From NCBI GenBank assembly GCA_963827295.1, contig CAWHAI010000011.1:35726-99725 (forward strand): a DNA stretch of 64,000 nucleotides, written 5' to 3'. Each line of letters opens with the position of its first letter. Position 1 is the stretch's first letter. Positions 54,500 to 64,000 of this stretch are shown here, in pieces. The notes beneath the pieces were generated by a model, which saw only the letters and a program-made list of their open reading frames with translations, was not told the origin of the DNA and did not search any database. The position numbers and the translations under genes are program-made. Source of the DNA: an uncultured Chloroflexia bacterium. Lineage in GTDB: Bacteria > Chloroflexota > Dehalococcoidia > SZUA-161.

Positions 54500-55039
54500 A
54501 TGAAGTGTTCTTATTGCGGCTATACAGATTCCAAGGTTATCGACTCTCGCGATGTGAATGAGACCATACGCCGCCGACGCCAGTGCCTAGGCTGTGGTCT
54601 CAGGTTCACTACATACGAGAGGATTCAGACCACCAACCTTATTATCATCAAGAAAGACAAGCGCCGCGAGGAGTTCAACCGAGAGAAGCTGACCACCGGC
54701 ATTCGCAAGGCCTGCGAGAAGCGACCCCTCCCCACAGGAGCCATCGAGAAGCTGGTAGACGAGGTTGAAAACGCTCTACATAGCCTGGGCAAGGCAGAGA
54801 TACCCACCTCAACGGTGGGTGAGATTGTGATGGAAAAGTTGAAGGAGCTGGACCACATCGCTTATATTCGCTTTGCCAGCGTGTACCGCGATTTCGCCGA
54901 TATCACCAGCCTCAAGCGCGAGGTGGACACCCTCATCGCCGCCAAAGATGTCGCCAGCCAGCTCCCCCTCCTACCTCAAGAGGAGATTAGAACTCCAGGC
55001 AGAAGGAAAAGGGCTGGCCCCTCAAAACGCCTTCTGTAG
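54500..55039 (+). CDS. nrdR: Transcriptional repressor NrdR (zinc ribbon + ATP-cone)
   Basis: [17 protein letters not shown]...[12 protein letters not shown] zinc ribbon, followed by an ATP-cone. Confidence 0.9.
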   Translation: MKCSYCGYTDSKVIDSRDVNETIRRRRQCLGCGLRFTTYERIQTTNLIIIKKDKRREEFNREKLTTGIRKACEKRPLPTGAIEKLVDEVENALHSLGKAEIPTSTVGEIVMEKLKELDHIAYIRFASVYRDFADITSLKREVDTLIAAKDVASQLPLLPQEEIRTPGRRKRAGPSKRLL

Positions 55040-55077
55040 AGCCCCCTGAAGACAATATCGAGAACGGGGAAACAGCC

Positions 55078-57671
55078 ATGAGCAGCAATAATGGGAAAAA
55101 CAGCAAAGCAGAGCGTCTCCTGCGCAACAGGATCGCTCGCACTATCTTCACCTACGCTGAATCCATAGGCATCTCAGACAGAGACGTCATCGAGCAGCTC
55201 ACCGACCAGGTTATCGACCGGCTCGAGCACGTCCCCACCCTGCCCGGCATGGAGCATCTAGCCCCTGTAACCAGAAGGCCAGTTCAAGATACGGAGATTC
55301 AATCTATGGTAAGAAGTATTCTCGACGAGAAAAAACCAGAAGAGGTTCCTAATCCGCCGGAAAAGGAGAAAAGGAAGCCCACCAAAGCAGCACGTAGAGT
55401 CGTACCTGTAAGTGCCGAAGCTAAAAAAGACGCCAGAGCTACAATATCATCGAATGCCAGGGCGGTCCTGGAGAGAAGATATCTGATCAAGGACGACAAG
55501 GGGAAGGTGATCGAGACCGCCGAGAATATGTTCCGCCGCGTGGCTCACCACATCGCTACAGCGGACTTGATTTACAACCCCAAAGCCGACATCAAGGGCA
55601 GAGAAGAGGAGTTCTATCAAGCGATGCTGAACATGGAGTTTTTGCCCAACTCGCCCACCCTGATGAACGCAGGACGAGAGCTGGGACAGCTTTCAGCATG
55701 CTTCGTGCTGCCCATAGACGATTCCATGAGTTCCATCTTCGATACCCTGAAATACACCGCGCTCATCCACAAAAGCGGCGGCGGCACCGGCTTCTCCTTC
55801 TCACGCCTGCGTCCTGAGGGAGACCTGGTGGGCTCCACAGGCGGCGTGGCCAGCGGCCCGTATCGTTTATGAAGGCCTTCGATGCTGCCACCGATGTCAT
55901 AAAGCAAGGGGGCAAACGGCGGGGAGCCAACATGGCTATCCTGAATGTTGACCATCCCGACATCATGAAGTTCATCAAAGCCAAGGAAAACAACACCACA
56001 CTCACCAATTTCAACATCTCGGTGGCCATAAGCGAGAAGTTCATGAAAGCGGTGGAGAACGGCGGGGACTTCGAACTGGTGAACCCCCGCACCAAGAAGG
56101 TGGTGGACAAGCTGAACGCCAAAGAGGTGTTCGATCGCATAGTGGAAATGGCCTGGAAGAACGGAGACCCGGGCATAGTGTTCCTCGACCGCGTGAACAG
56201 GGATAACCCTACCCCAAAGCTAGGAATGGTCGAGAGCACCAATCCCTGCGGGGAGCAGCCCCTTCTGCCCTACGAATCATGCAATCTCGGTTCCATCAAC
56301 ATATCCAAGATAGTGACTATAAAAGACGGCCTCGCCAGTATAGATTATGTCAAATTAGAGAAGATGGTGAGGATGGCTGTCAGGTTCCTGGACAATGTTA
56401 TAGATGTCAACAAATTCCCCCTGCCCAAGATAGAGGAGATGACCAAACTCACCAGGAAGATTGGCCTTGGTGTGATGGGGTTCGCCGACCTTCTCATCAT
56501 GCTGGGAATACCCTACGATTCGGTGGAAGCGTTGGAGACCGCTGAGCGCCTGATGAAATTCATCAGCGACAAAGCCACTGAGGAATCAGCCGAGCTTGCC
56601 AAAGAGAGAGGCGTGTTCCCTGCCTTCGAGGGCAGCACCTACGACAGGCCTGGCGGGACACGGGTGAGGAATGCTACCAGGACCACCATCGCTCCCACAG
56701 GCACCCTGAGCATAATCGCAAGCTGCTCCAGCGGCGTCGAGCCGCTGTTCGCCCTGAGCTATACCCGCACCATACTCGAAGGCACCCGACTAGCAGAGGT
56801 GAACCCACTATTTGAAGGGGTAGCGAAGAAAGAAGGATTCTACACCGAAGAGCTAGCCCAGGAGGTTGCCAACAAAGGCAACCTGAAGGATATAGAGGGT
56901 ATCCCCAAGAAAATGAAGAGACTATTCGTCACCGCCCACGACATCACCCCTGAATGGCATGTCAGGATGCAGGCAGCCTTCCAAAAATACACCGATAATG
57001 CCGTCTCCAAGACGGTCAATTTCCCCCATAACGCCACCAAAGAGGATGTAGCCAGGGTCTATATGCTGGCCTATAAAGAGGGCTGCAAGGGCATAACGAT
57101 ATACAGGGACAGGAGCCGCGAGAGTCAGGTGCTGAGCCTGAGCAAGGCCGAGAAAGCTGAGGAGAAGGAGGGCAAGCTCGTCCCCAAGGAACGGCCAACC
57201 ATCACCCAAGGGTTCACCGAGAAGGTTGCCACAGGCTGCGGCAACCTCTATGTAACAGTGAACACCGATGAGCAGGGTGCACTGTACGAACTGTTCTGCA
57301 CTCTGGGTAAGACAGGGGGCTGTGCCTCGGCCCAGCTCGAAGCTATTGGCAGGCTGACCTCTACAGCGTTGAGGTCCGGTGTAGACATAGAATCCGTCAT
57401 CAAGCAGTTAAAAGGCATCAGATGTCCCTCCATCGCCTGGGATAAAGGCCACGCTATCCTCTCCTGCGCTGACGCCATTGCCGGCGTGCTGGAGAGACAC
57501 AAGAACAACAGCATTGCTTCAGCCACGCATAAAACTGAGACTAAAGGCAATCCCAAAGTCGCAGTTGCGTCTACTATTAGGAATCTGGCGGGGCAATGCC
57601 CCGAGTGCGCTAGCCTGCTCGTTTACCAGGAGGGCTGTCTGATTTGCCCGGCTTGCGGACGCGTTGTTAAG
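55078..57671 (+). CDS. nrdJ: Class II (adenosylcobalamin-dependent) ribonucleotide reductase NrdJ, frameshifted near 55870, with C-terminal Cys4 zinc-finger tail
   Basis: ORF 55078-55872 (...[23 protein letters not shown]...[13 protein letters not shown]) plus ORF 55869 onward (NPCGEQPL active-site Cys/Glu). Terminal [21 protein letters not shown]. The reading frame stays open into the next module. Confidence 0.85.
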
Positions 57672-58358
57672 ATGGATTTGGGCGATTTGGATGCTTTACT
57701 TCTTCCGGAAAAAGACGGCTATGCGATTAAAATCAACAGCAAGCATCATCCCCTGAGGCAGAACTTCTCCTTTGCCCACGAAATTGCCCACATTATAATT
57801 GACAAAGCTGCATATAGATCTTCGCCAGACATTGCCGAATTTCGCTCGGTCAGGGAAATGGATGGTAAAATCAAAGAGCGATTATGCGAACGAGTTGCCG
57901 CTGAGCTTCTGATGCCTGAGAAACTATTCATTGGCTATCTTAATCAATGGGGTGTATCTATAAATTCAATCCAACGTCTCGCCCATACCTTTTATACTTC
58001 TATTCCAGCCACAGCCAGACGAATTGCTGAATTGAGTCAGGAGCCTTGTATTGCGCTTTATTGGAAGCTAGTAAAACGTCCCAGATGGAAAGAAGTTAAA
58101 CCTTGTATTATTTGGCTCTCAGATTCACAATACCAAATACCAAAATTTCTTTCCGTTAGCCAAAATTCAAGCGTCTTCGAGGCCTTTCAGACAAACTCAA
58201 CCTTAGCAAAATTCGAGAGTTTCCCACTAGGTAACATAGAGCATCCTTTCTATATAGAATCGAAAGGTTTTGGACAAAAACCGCAAAGATATATAATTTC
58301 CTTCGTGTTTCCTCAAAGAAAGAAGACACAGCTATCCGTTCTCGATAACATGCAATAG
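57672..58358 (+). CDS. ImmA/IrrE-family (COG2856/DUF955) HEXXH metallopeptidase module, in frame with nrdJ (fusion or stop lost by an indel); low GC
   Basis: Potential start ATG at 57672 (VVKMDLGD...). Motifs FSFAHEIAHIIID (HEXXH), and about 35 aa later ERLCERVAAELLMPEKLF (the ImmA/IrrE E...FAAELLMP signature). GC is about 40 % against about 58 % in nrdJ. Confidence 0.6.
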   Translation: MDLGDLDALLLPEKDGYAIKINSKHHPLRQNFSFAHEIAHIIIDKAAYRSSPDIAEFRSVREMDGKIKERLCERVAAELLMPEKLFIGYLNQWGVSINSIQRLAHTFYTSIPATARRIAELSQEPCIALYWKLVKRPRWKEVKPCIIWLSDSQYQIPKFLSVSQNSSVFEAFQTNSTLAKFESFPLGNIEHPFYIESKGFGQKPQRYIISFVFPQRKKTQLSVLDNMQ

Positions 58359-58421
58359 CTTGCAAGAATCAATCATGAAACCCCTCAAAGGTTACTAGGT
58401 TTTTGAGGTTAAAGGATTGTC

Positions 58422-60066
58422 TTGGGAAGCGGTCAGAGAGGCTCGGCAAAACTCTCTAAAGAGCGGGGTACTATCTACAAGGACTGGGGTGGGAAGCTTC
58501 ACATCGCCCTCATCTATCCCAACTCCTATTACCTGGGGATGTCCAACCTCGGCTTCCAAACCGTCTATGGCCTCCTCAACAGCTATGATGACATAGTATG
58601 CGAACGTGCCTTCTGGGAACCTAATAAGGATAAAGCCGAAACACCCATAAGCCTGGAATCGCAGCGACCACTTCCCGACTTCGATGTCCTCGCTTTCTCC
58701 ATATCATACGAACTGGACTATTTCAACGTAGTCCAAATACTCAAATCCAGCGGCATCCCTATATTCGCTGCTGACCGCGACGAAAGCCATCCTCTGATTA
58801 TAGCCGGCGGGCCTTGCATCATTGCCAATCCCATGCCCCTCTCATCATTTTTCGACTGCTTTGCCATAGGAGAGGGAGAGGCTATCCTGCCTGGCTTCAT
58901 CGATGCCCTGACCGAAGGTATCGAAGGAAAAAAGGACGAACTGCTCAAGAAGCTGGCTGCGCTGCCCGGCGTATATGTGCCCGCGTTCTACGCTGGTCCA
59001 CCTATCAAGCGTCAGTGGGTGGCAAACCTTGATTCAGTAGCTACCACATCGGTGATACTTACTCCGGATACCGAGCTCAGCAACATATATCTAATAGAGA
59101 TAGCGCGTGGCTGCGGCTGGGGCTGCCGCTTCTGCCTTGCAGGATTTCAGTTTCGCCCCTTCCGCTTCCGTCCCCTTGACGGCCTGCTGGCGCAAGCCGA
59201 GAAGGGTCTGCAATATACAAATAAAATAGGCCTTCTGGCGGCCGCCGTCTCAGACCATCCCGAGGTAGGTGAGCTTGCTTACAGGCTGCACCGCATGGAC
59301 GCCGAGATATCCGTTAGCTCGCTGAGGGTTCGCCCCTTCTCTCAAGCACTTCTCAAGGCGCTGGCCAAAAGCGGGGCACAGACCGTCACCCTGGCGCCCG
59401 AGGCGGGCTCCGAAAGATTGCGCCGCATCATCAACAAGTGCGTAACGGAGACCGATATCATAGAAGCTGTCGATAAGATTGCCCAACAGGGCATAAGACA
59501 GGTCAAGCTATACTTCATGATTGGCCTGCCCACCGAGACCGACGTCGATATAGACGAGATAATCAGGCTCTCCCTCGCCTTAAAGCAGCGCATTGAGAGG
59601 ACAGGATGCCGAATCGCGATTACAGTGGAGCCCTTTGTCCCCAAGGCAGGCACACCGTTCCAGTGGCTGGCAATGGCTGCCGGAGGAGATACTTAATCAT
59701 CGCATTAATCTCATAAAGAACACTCTCGGCAAGAACGGCATCGAGGTCAGGACAGAGAGCGTGGGCTGGAGCCTGGCTCAGGGTGTTTTAGCGCGAGGCG
59801 ACGCTAAGCTAAGCAAGGTTCTGGCGAATATGCAGCGAAACTCCCTTGCTGCGTGGCGCAAGGCGCTGGAGGAATGCGATCTGAGTGCCGATTTCTACAT
59901 ACACCGTGAATTGCCGTATGATGAGCCGCTGCCCTGGTCAGTGCTGGATTCCGGCGTTACTCCCGATTATCTCAAAGAGGAACTAAAGCAAGGCTCGTCC
60001 GCGGCATCGAGACCCCATCTTGCCCACCAGAGGGATGCCATAGATGCGGCGTATGCTAAGAGATAG
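58422..60066 (+). CDS. Radical SAM domain protein (B12-binding-like N-terminal domain), frameshifted near 59600-59700
   Basis: CxxxCxxC = EIARGCGWGCRFC. Collinear C-terminal ORF 59593-60066. Confidence 0.7.
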
Positions 60067-60071
60067 AACAC

Positions 60072-60740
60072 ATGACCATCGAACAAAACATCCGTAATCT
60101 CCAACAGCGCATCGCCAAGGCTTGTGAAAGGGCAGAGCGCTCGCCCGATAAGGTTTCGCTGATCGCTGTGACCAAGACGCTGGATGCCTCCGCAATCGAG
60201 ACTGCCTTCAATGCAGGCATCAAGGACTTCGGCGAGAGCAGGGTTCAGGAGGCTAAACCCAAGATAGAGCAGCTTCACCTTTTAAGGCCTCACATAACGT
60301 GGCACATGATAGGCCACCTCCAGAGCAACAAGGCAAAGACAGCCGCAGGTATTTTTGATATAATCCATAGCGTTGATTCGCTCAAGCTAGCGGAGGTATT
60401 GAACGATTGCAGCCCGAAGAGGCTGCCTGTTCTAATCCAGGTCAACGTCTCAGCCGAGGCAACTAAGGGCGGCTTCATGCTGTCTGAAGTCAACGAGGCA
60501 GTGAGGCAGATCGAGAAGCTGGGCAATCTCGATATCCAGGGGCTGATGACTATTGCGCCCTGGGTGGATAATGCTGAAGAGGTACGTCCCATGTTTCGCC
60601 AGCTCAGGCAACTCAGGGACGCGCTGGGTCTAAAGCACCTTTCCATGGGGATGAGCGATGACTTCGATGTCGCCATCGAGGAGGGGGCAACATTGGTGAG
60701 AATCGGGCGAGCTATTTTCGGCGAGAGAAGTGGCGCGTGA
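60072..60740 (+). CDS. yggS: YggS-family pyridoxal-phosphate homeostasis protein
   Basis: AVTKT (PLP lysine), IGHLQSNKAK. Confidence 0.85.
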   Translation: MTIEQNIRNLQQRIAKACERAERSPDKVSLIAVTKTLDASAIETAFNAGIKDFGESRVQEAKPKIEQLHLLRPHITWHMIGHLQSNKAKTAAGIFDIIHSVDSLKLAEVLNDCSPKRLPVLIQVNVSAEATKGGFMLSEVNEAVRQIEKLGNLDIQGLMTIAPWVDNAEEVRPMFRQLRQLRDALGLKHLSMGMSDDFDVAIEEGATLVRIGRAIFGERSGA

Positions 60741-60750
60741 GGAGAGAAAG

Positions 60751-61563
60751 ATGAAGATTGCATTTATCGGTGCCGGGGTCATGGGCGAGGCTATAATCTC
60801 CGCCCTTCTCCAAAGGAGAGCAGCAAGCAGAAGCGCGATACTTGCTTGTGATGTCGACCCGGCGCGCCTTGCCGCCGTAGGGAAAAAATACAAAGTCAGC
60901 CACACTGCAGATTGCCGCAGCGCTGCCAAGATTTGCGATGTCATTGTTCTATCTATCAAGCCCCAAACTCTGCCTAAGGTAATGAATGACCTAACGGGTA
61001 CTTTAAAAGAAGGGCAACTGGTGCTTTCTATAGTTGCGGGTGCAAGTCTGGGAACCATCACCAAAGGGCTGAAACACGACGCCGTTGTCCGCGTGATGCC
61101 CAACACTCCGGCACAGGTCGGCCAGGGGATCAGCGTATGGACTGCCACCAGCGCCGTAAGCCAGGCTCAGAAAGAGATGGCGCAGAATATAATAAAGGCA
61201 ACAGGCAGGGAGATATACGTCCAGGACGAGAAGTATATTGACATGGCAACGGCGATAAGCGGCAGCGGCCCCGCTTATATCTTCCTGATAATGGAGGCGC
61301 TCACCGATGCAGCGGTGCATATCGGACTGCCGCGGAAGCTAGCAGAGGAGCTGGTCACTCAAACGGTGCTCGGCTCTGCTTATATGAGTCGAGAAACTGG
61401 GAAACACCCTGCGGAGCTGAAGAACATGGTTACCTCGCCGGGTGGGACCACTGCAGAGGGCCTGCTTTGCCTGGAGGAGGGGGGAGTGCGTGCCATCCTT
61501 GCTCAAGCAGTGATCGCTGCATATGAGAAGGCACAACGTCTAGGAGGTCAGGGCAGCAAATGA
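60751..61563 (+). CDS. proC: Pyrroline-5-carboxylate reductase
   Basis: RBS GAGGAGAGAAAG then ATG; MKIAFIGAGVMGEAI Rossmann fold; C-terminal P5CR dimerisation domain (SPGGTTAEGL). Confidence 0.85.
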   Translation: MKIAFIGAGVMGEAIISALLQRRAASRSAILACDVDPARLAAVGKKYKVSHTADCRSAAKICDVIVLSIKPQTLPKVMNDLTGTLKEGQLVLSIVAGASLGTITKGLKHDAVVRVMPNTPAQVGQGISVWTATSAVSQAQKEMAQNIIKATGREIYVQDEKYIDMATAISGSGPAYIFLIMEALTDAAVHIGLPRKLAEELVTQTVLGSAYMSRETGKHPAELKNMVTSPGGTTAEGLLCLEEGGVRAILAQAVIAAYEKAQRLGGQGSK

Positions 61564-61823
61564 CAACCTTTATTTACTTTCTCTACTACCTTTTTCAGGT
61601 GCTCACCTTCGCCATCTTCTTCAGGGCTATCCTATCTTGGTTTACCATGAGTAGCCGTAGCCCACTTCTCATAAGTGTCTACCGTGTATTTATTCAGATA
61701 ACTGAGCCCATCATGGCGCCGTTGCGCAGAATCATCCCCACGATAGGTATGGTCGATATAACACCGATAATAGCCATATTACTGCTGCAAATCATTGCTC
61801 AGGTGCTTGTCCGCGCCCTGTAG
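61560..61823 (+). CDS. yggT: YggT-family membrane protein
   Basis: 87 aa, two TM helices, YGGT pattern. Conserved yggS-proC-yggT neighbourhood. Confidence 0.75.
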   Translation: MTTFIYFLYYLFQVLTFAIFFRAILSWFTMSSRSPLLISVYRVFIQITEPIMAPLRRIIPTIGMVDITPIIAILLLQIIAQVLVRAL

Positions 61824-61828
61824 AAAAG

Positions 61829-63375
61829 CTATCGCTCCCACACAACCTCACCACCCACAATGGTTTTCTCTACCTGGATATCTTTTATCTGCTCAGGAGC
61901 TAAGCCAGTGGGGTCAGCGCTCAAAAGCACCATATCAGCAAGCTTACCGACTTCGATGCTCCCCTTGAGCTGTTCCTCAAAGGAAGCATAGGCTCCACCA
62001 AGCGTATATATCCTGAGCGCATCCTCGGCAGAGATAGACTCTCTGGGGGAAAGAACCTGCCCGTTCTCAGCCTTGCGGGTGACCGCAGCGTACACACCAA
62101 CCAAGGGATTACAAGGCGCCACCGGGCAATCCGAGCTACCCGCCGGCCTGAGCCCGTTTCTCAAAAATGACTTCGTTCGATACAGCCATGGAAGCTGTGT
62201 GTCGGGGACATCGCTTAAGTACCTCTCACCACTGTAATAGATAAACGCTGGCTGGGTTACGACCAAAGCCTTTACAGCTTTCAAACGCTTTAGCAGCGTG
62301 GGTGGGCATATCGAGCAGTGCTCCAGACGATGGCGGCGGCCCCCCTTGGGAGATTTAATCAAACAGTATTCAAGGGCAGTGGCGGCAGCCTCCACCGTGC
62401 CCTCCTCTACGGCATGTATAGCTACCTGAAAGCCCGCCTGATGTGCCTGAAGTACGCCCTCGTTCAGTTCCCCCTGTGACGGATTGAGCTGCCCTTTGGT
62501 TTCATCCAGAGTATACTTAACCGCGCCCAACCTCAGCCTGCTGTCTCCATAGCAATAATACATGCCTTTTTCCTTGAACTCAGCCAGAGCATGTAGCCCG
62601 AACATCATAGAAAGCCTGGGAACAAGGTCCCCCCTCTCTTTAAACCCGCGAAAGGTCTGCCACTGCTCGAAGCCATTTCTCACCGTGGCATCCTGCACGG
62701 AGGTTATGCCAGAGGAGATAAGGCCCTGGTTGGCCAGCCTCACCCCCTGCCTCAGCTCCTCATCGCTCAGGGGAGGTATCACCTGCTCGTTAATATACGA
62801 GTTCATCCCATAGAGGAGGCCGCTGGGCTCGCCTGTCTCCGGCTCGCGGTCTATGAGTCCTCCATCTGGGTCAGGCGTTTCAATAGTAATACCAGCAAGC
62901 GATAGACCGAGGCTATTGAGCACGCAGGCATGTAAGGAGCGATGGGTCAGCCTCACCGGATGATGCGGCGCTGCCTGGTCGAGGTCGCGGCGGGTAGGAT
63001 GGCGATGCTCAGCCAAATAGAACTCATTGTATCCTACACCTTTTATCCAGGTGCCTTGCGGAGTGCGCTCCGCCTGCTGTTTGATTAGTGCCTGAATATC
63101 TGAGATGGATGCAACTGAGGCAGGGCTGCAATCTAAGCTGAGCAGGTTCGACGCGTAGGACATGAGATGAATGTGGGCGTCGTTGAAGCCAGGCATAAGC
63201 GTTTTGCCTTCGCAGTCGATACGCTTGCCTTTGAATAACGCGAGGTCATCATTATTGCCGACCCAGACTATCTTACCGTCCTTTACACCACAAGCTCCGC
63301 CTTGGGCCGGCGGCGGTTCAGGGTCAGCACATTAGCGTTATAAAGAATCAAGGTTGCAGTTTCCACTTTCAACAT
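61829..63375 (-). CDS. Amidohydrolase-family (Amidohydro_3) metal-dependent hydrolase, N-terminal frameshift near 63310
   Basis: HIH motif MPGFNDAHIHL; C-terminal ...GSSDCPV...KLADMVLL. The true N-terminus MLKVETATLILYNANVLTLN... (ATG at 63375) reads in a shifted frame. Confidence 0.75.
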
Positions 63376-63550
63376 GCTCTCTACTGTGCCAGGATTAGTG
63401 TTACAATCAAGATTGTAAAGGTTCTATGCTTGCCTATCAACTTCGCTTTTGGGAGCCACTGACGGTTAAGTGAATAACAGGTTGCTCTTGACAGGACTCC
63501 CTAGGCACAGTATTGTTTGCTCTATTGAGATGAACAGGATGGGAGGCAAA

Positions 63551-64000
63551 ATGGAGGTAAAGGCTAGGTACTACGAAAAACCATGGCTGAAGTTCTATCC
63601 CGGTGGGGTTCCGCAGACTATAGAAATTCCGGACAAACCCTTGCCCCAGGTCTTCGATGAGGTTGCTAACAAATACTCAGGCAAGGACGCCATAATTTTC
63701 TATGGCAACAAGATAAGCTACGGCAAGCTCAGAGAGGAAGTAGATAGATTCTCAACAGCTTTGTATGAGCTGGGACTCAAGAAGGGCGATAAACTCGCTC
63801 TATATCTGTTGAACAGCCCTCAATACATCATTGCTTACTTCGGCGCGCTCAAGGCAGGGGTCACACTGACGCCCATCAGCCCTGTTTACACCAGCATCGA
63901 GGTTAAACATCAGCTTGAAGACAGCGAAGCGGAATCCATCGTTTGCCAGGATTTTCTCTATGAGAACGTAGAAAGGGCAGGGGTGAAACTGAAGAATGTC
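63551..64000 (+). CDS. AMP-dependent synthetase/ligase (long-chain acyl-CoA synthetase-like), N-terminal part; truncated by the window end
   Basis: RBS GGGAGG then ATG. ...FDEVANKYSGKDAIIFYGNKISYGKLREEVDRFSTAL... is typical of the N-terminal ANL superfamily. Confidence 0.7.
   Translation, partial: MEVKARYYEKPWLKFYPGGVPQTIEIPDKPLPQVFDEVANKYSGKDAIIFYGNKISYGKLREEVDRFSTALYELGLKKGDKLALYLLNSPQYIIAYFGALKAGVTLTPISPVYTSIEVKHQLEDSEAESIVCQDFLYENVERAGVKLKNV

Noticed and set aside
58359-58421. Possible rho-independent terminator after the nrdJ/ImmA ORF (cctcaaa...tttgagg stem).
   Set aside because: The stem is short with a 12-13-nt loop and is not followed by a U-tract; too weak to call.
1-64000. Scanned for CRISPR arrays, rRNA genes, IS-element inverted repeats or transposases, and toxin-antitoxin pairs.
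   Set aside because: No regularly spaced direct repeats, rRNA-like conserved stretches, transposase ORFs or recognisable TA pairs were seen. The only mobile DNA is the tRNA-Val island.

Overview
This 64-kb window looks like a Chloroflexi-like chromosome (GC about 55-58 %, PorGDAB and ADP-forming acyl-CoA synthetase paralogs; the phylum guess is an inference). It has a conserved housekeeping backbone interrupted by a roughly 9.7-kb integrative island.

Backbone genes I can support from the sequence:
- rpsL-rpsG-fusA
- a tRNA-Val/Arg/Leu array
- an aminotransferase and an Lrp regulator
- gatC and gatA flanking two tandem ADP-forming acyl-CoA synthetase paralogs
- corA, typA, and an alpha-glucan phosphorylase
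- an arsM cassette
- porGDAB, leuS, mogA, trmD, rplS, priA, def, cca, secDF
- nrdR-nrdJ
- a radical-SAM protein, then yggS-proC-yggT
- an amidohydrolase and a partial acyl-CoA ligase

The island spans about 2238-12061. A perfect 78-bp direct repeat containing a full tRNA-Val(TAC) gene sits at each end. It carries a tyrosine integrase, an SF3/P-loop helicase-like replication protein followed directly by iteron-like repeats, several small HTH regulators (XRE, MerR/excisionase-type), a Tag-like glycosylase, a membrane protein in a low-GC stretch, and three copies of an internal repeat of roughly 110-200 bp. It has no virion structural genes, so in composition it resembles a satellite or integrative mobilizable element.

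Other observations worth a second look:
- an ImmA/IrrE-type HEXXH metallopeptidase module in frame with the 3' end of class II RNR nrdJ, in a low-GC segment
- an AbrB/SpoVT-type regulator with three vicinal Cys-Cys pairs just upstream of arsM
- a paralog of the island's excisionase-type HTH sitting next to a LuxR response regulator that is broken by an imperfect tandem duplication of about 83 bp

Caveat: many clearly essential genes are split by frameshifts (leuS in three ORFs; gatA, typA, secD, secF, priA, porA/B/G, nrdJ, lpdA-like). The assembly therefore very likely carries indel errors, and the 'pseudogene' calls in the island (integrase, tag) should not be over-interpreted. No CRISPR array or rRNA was found.
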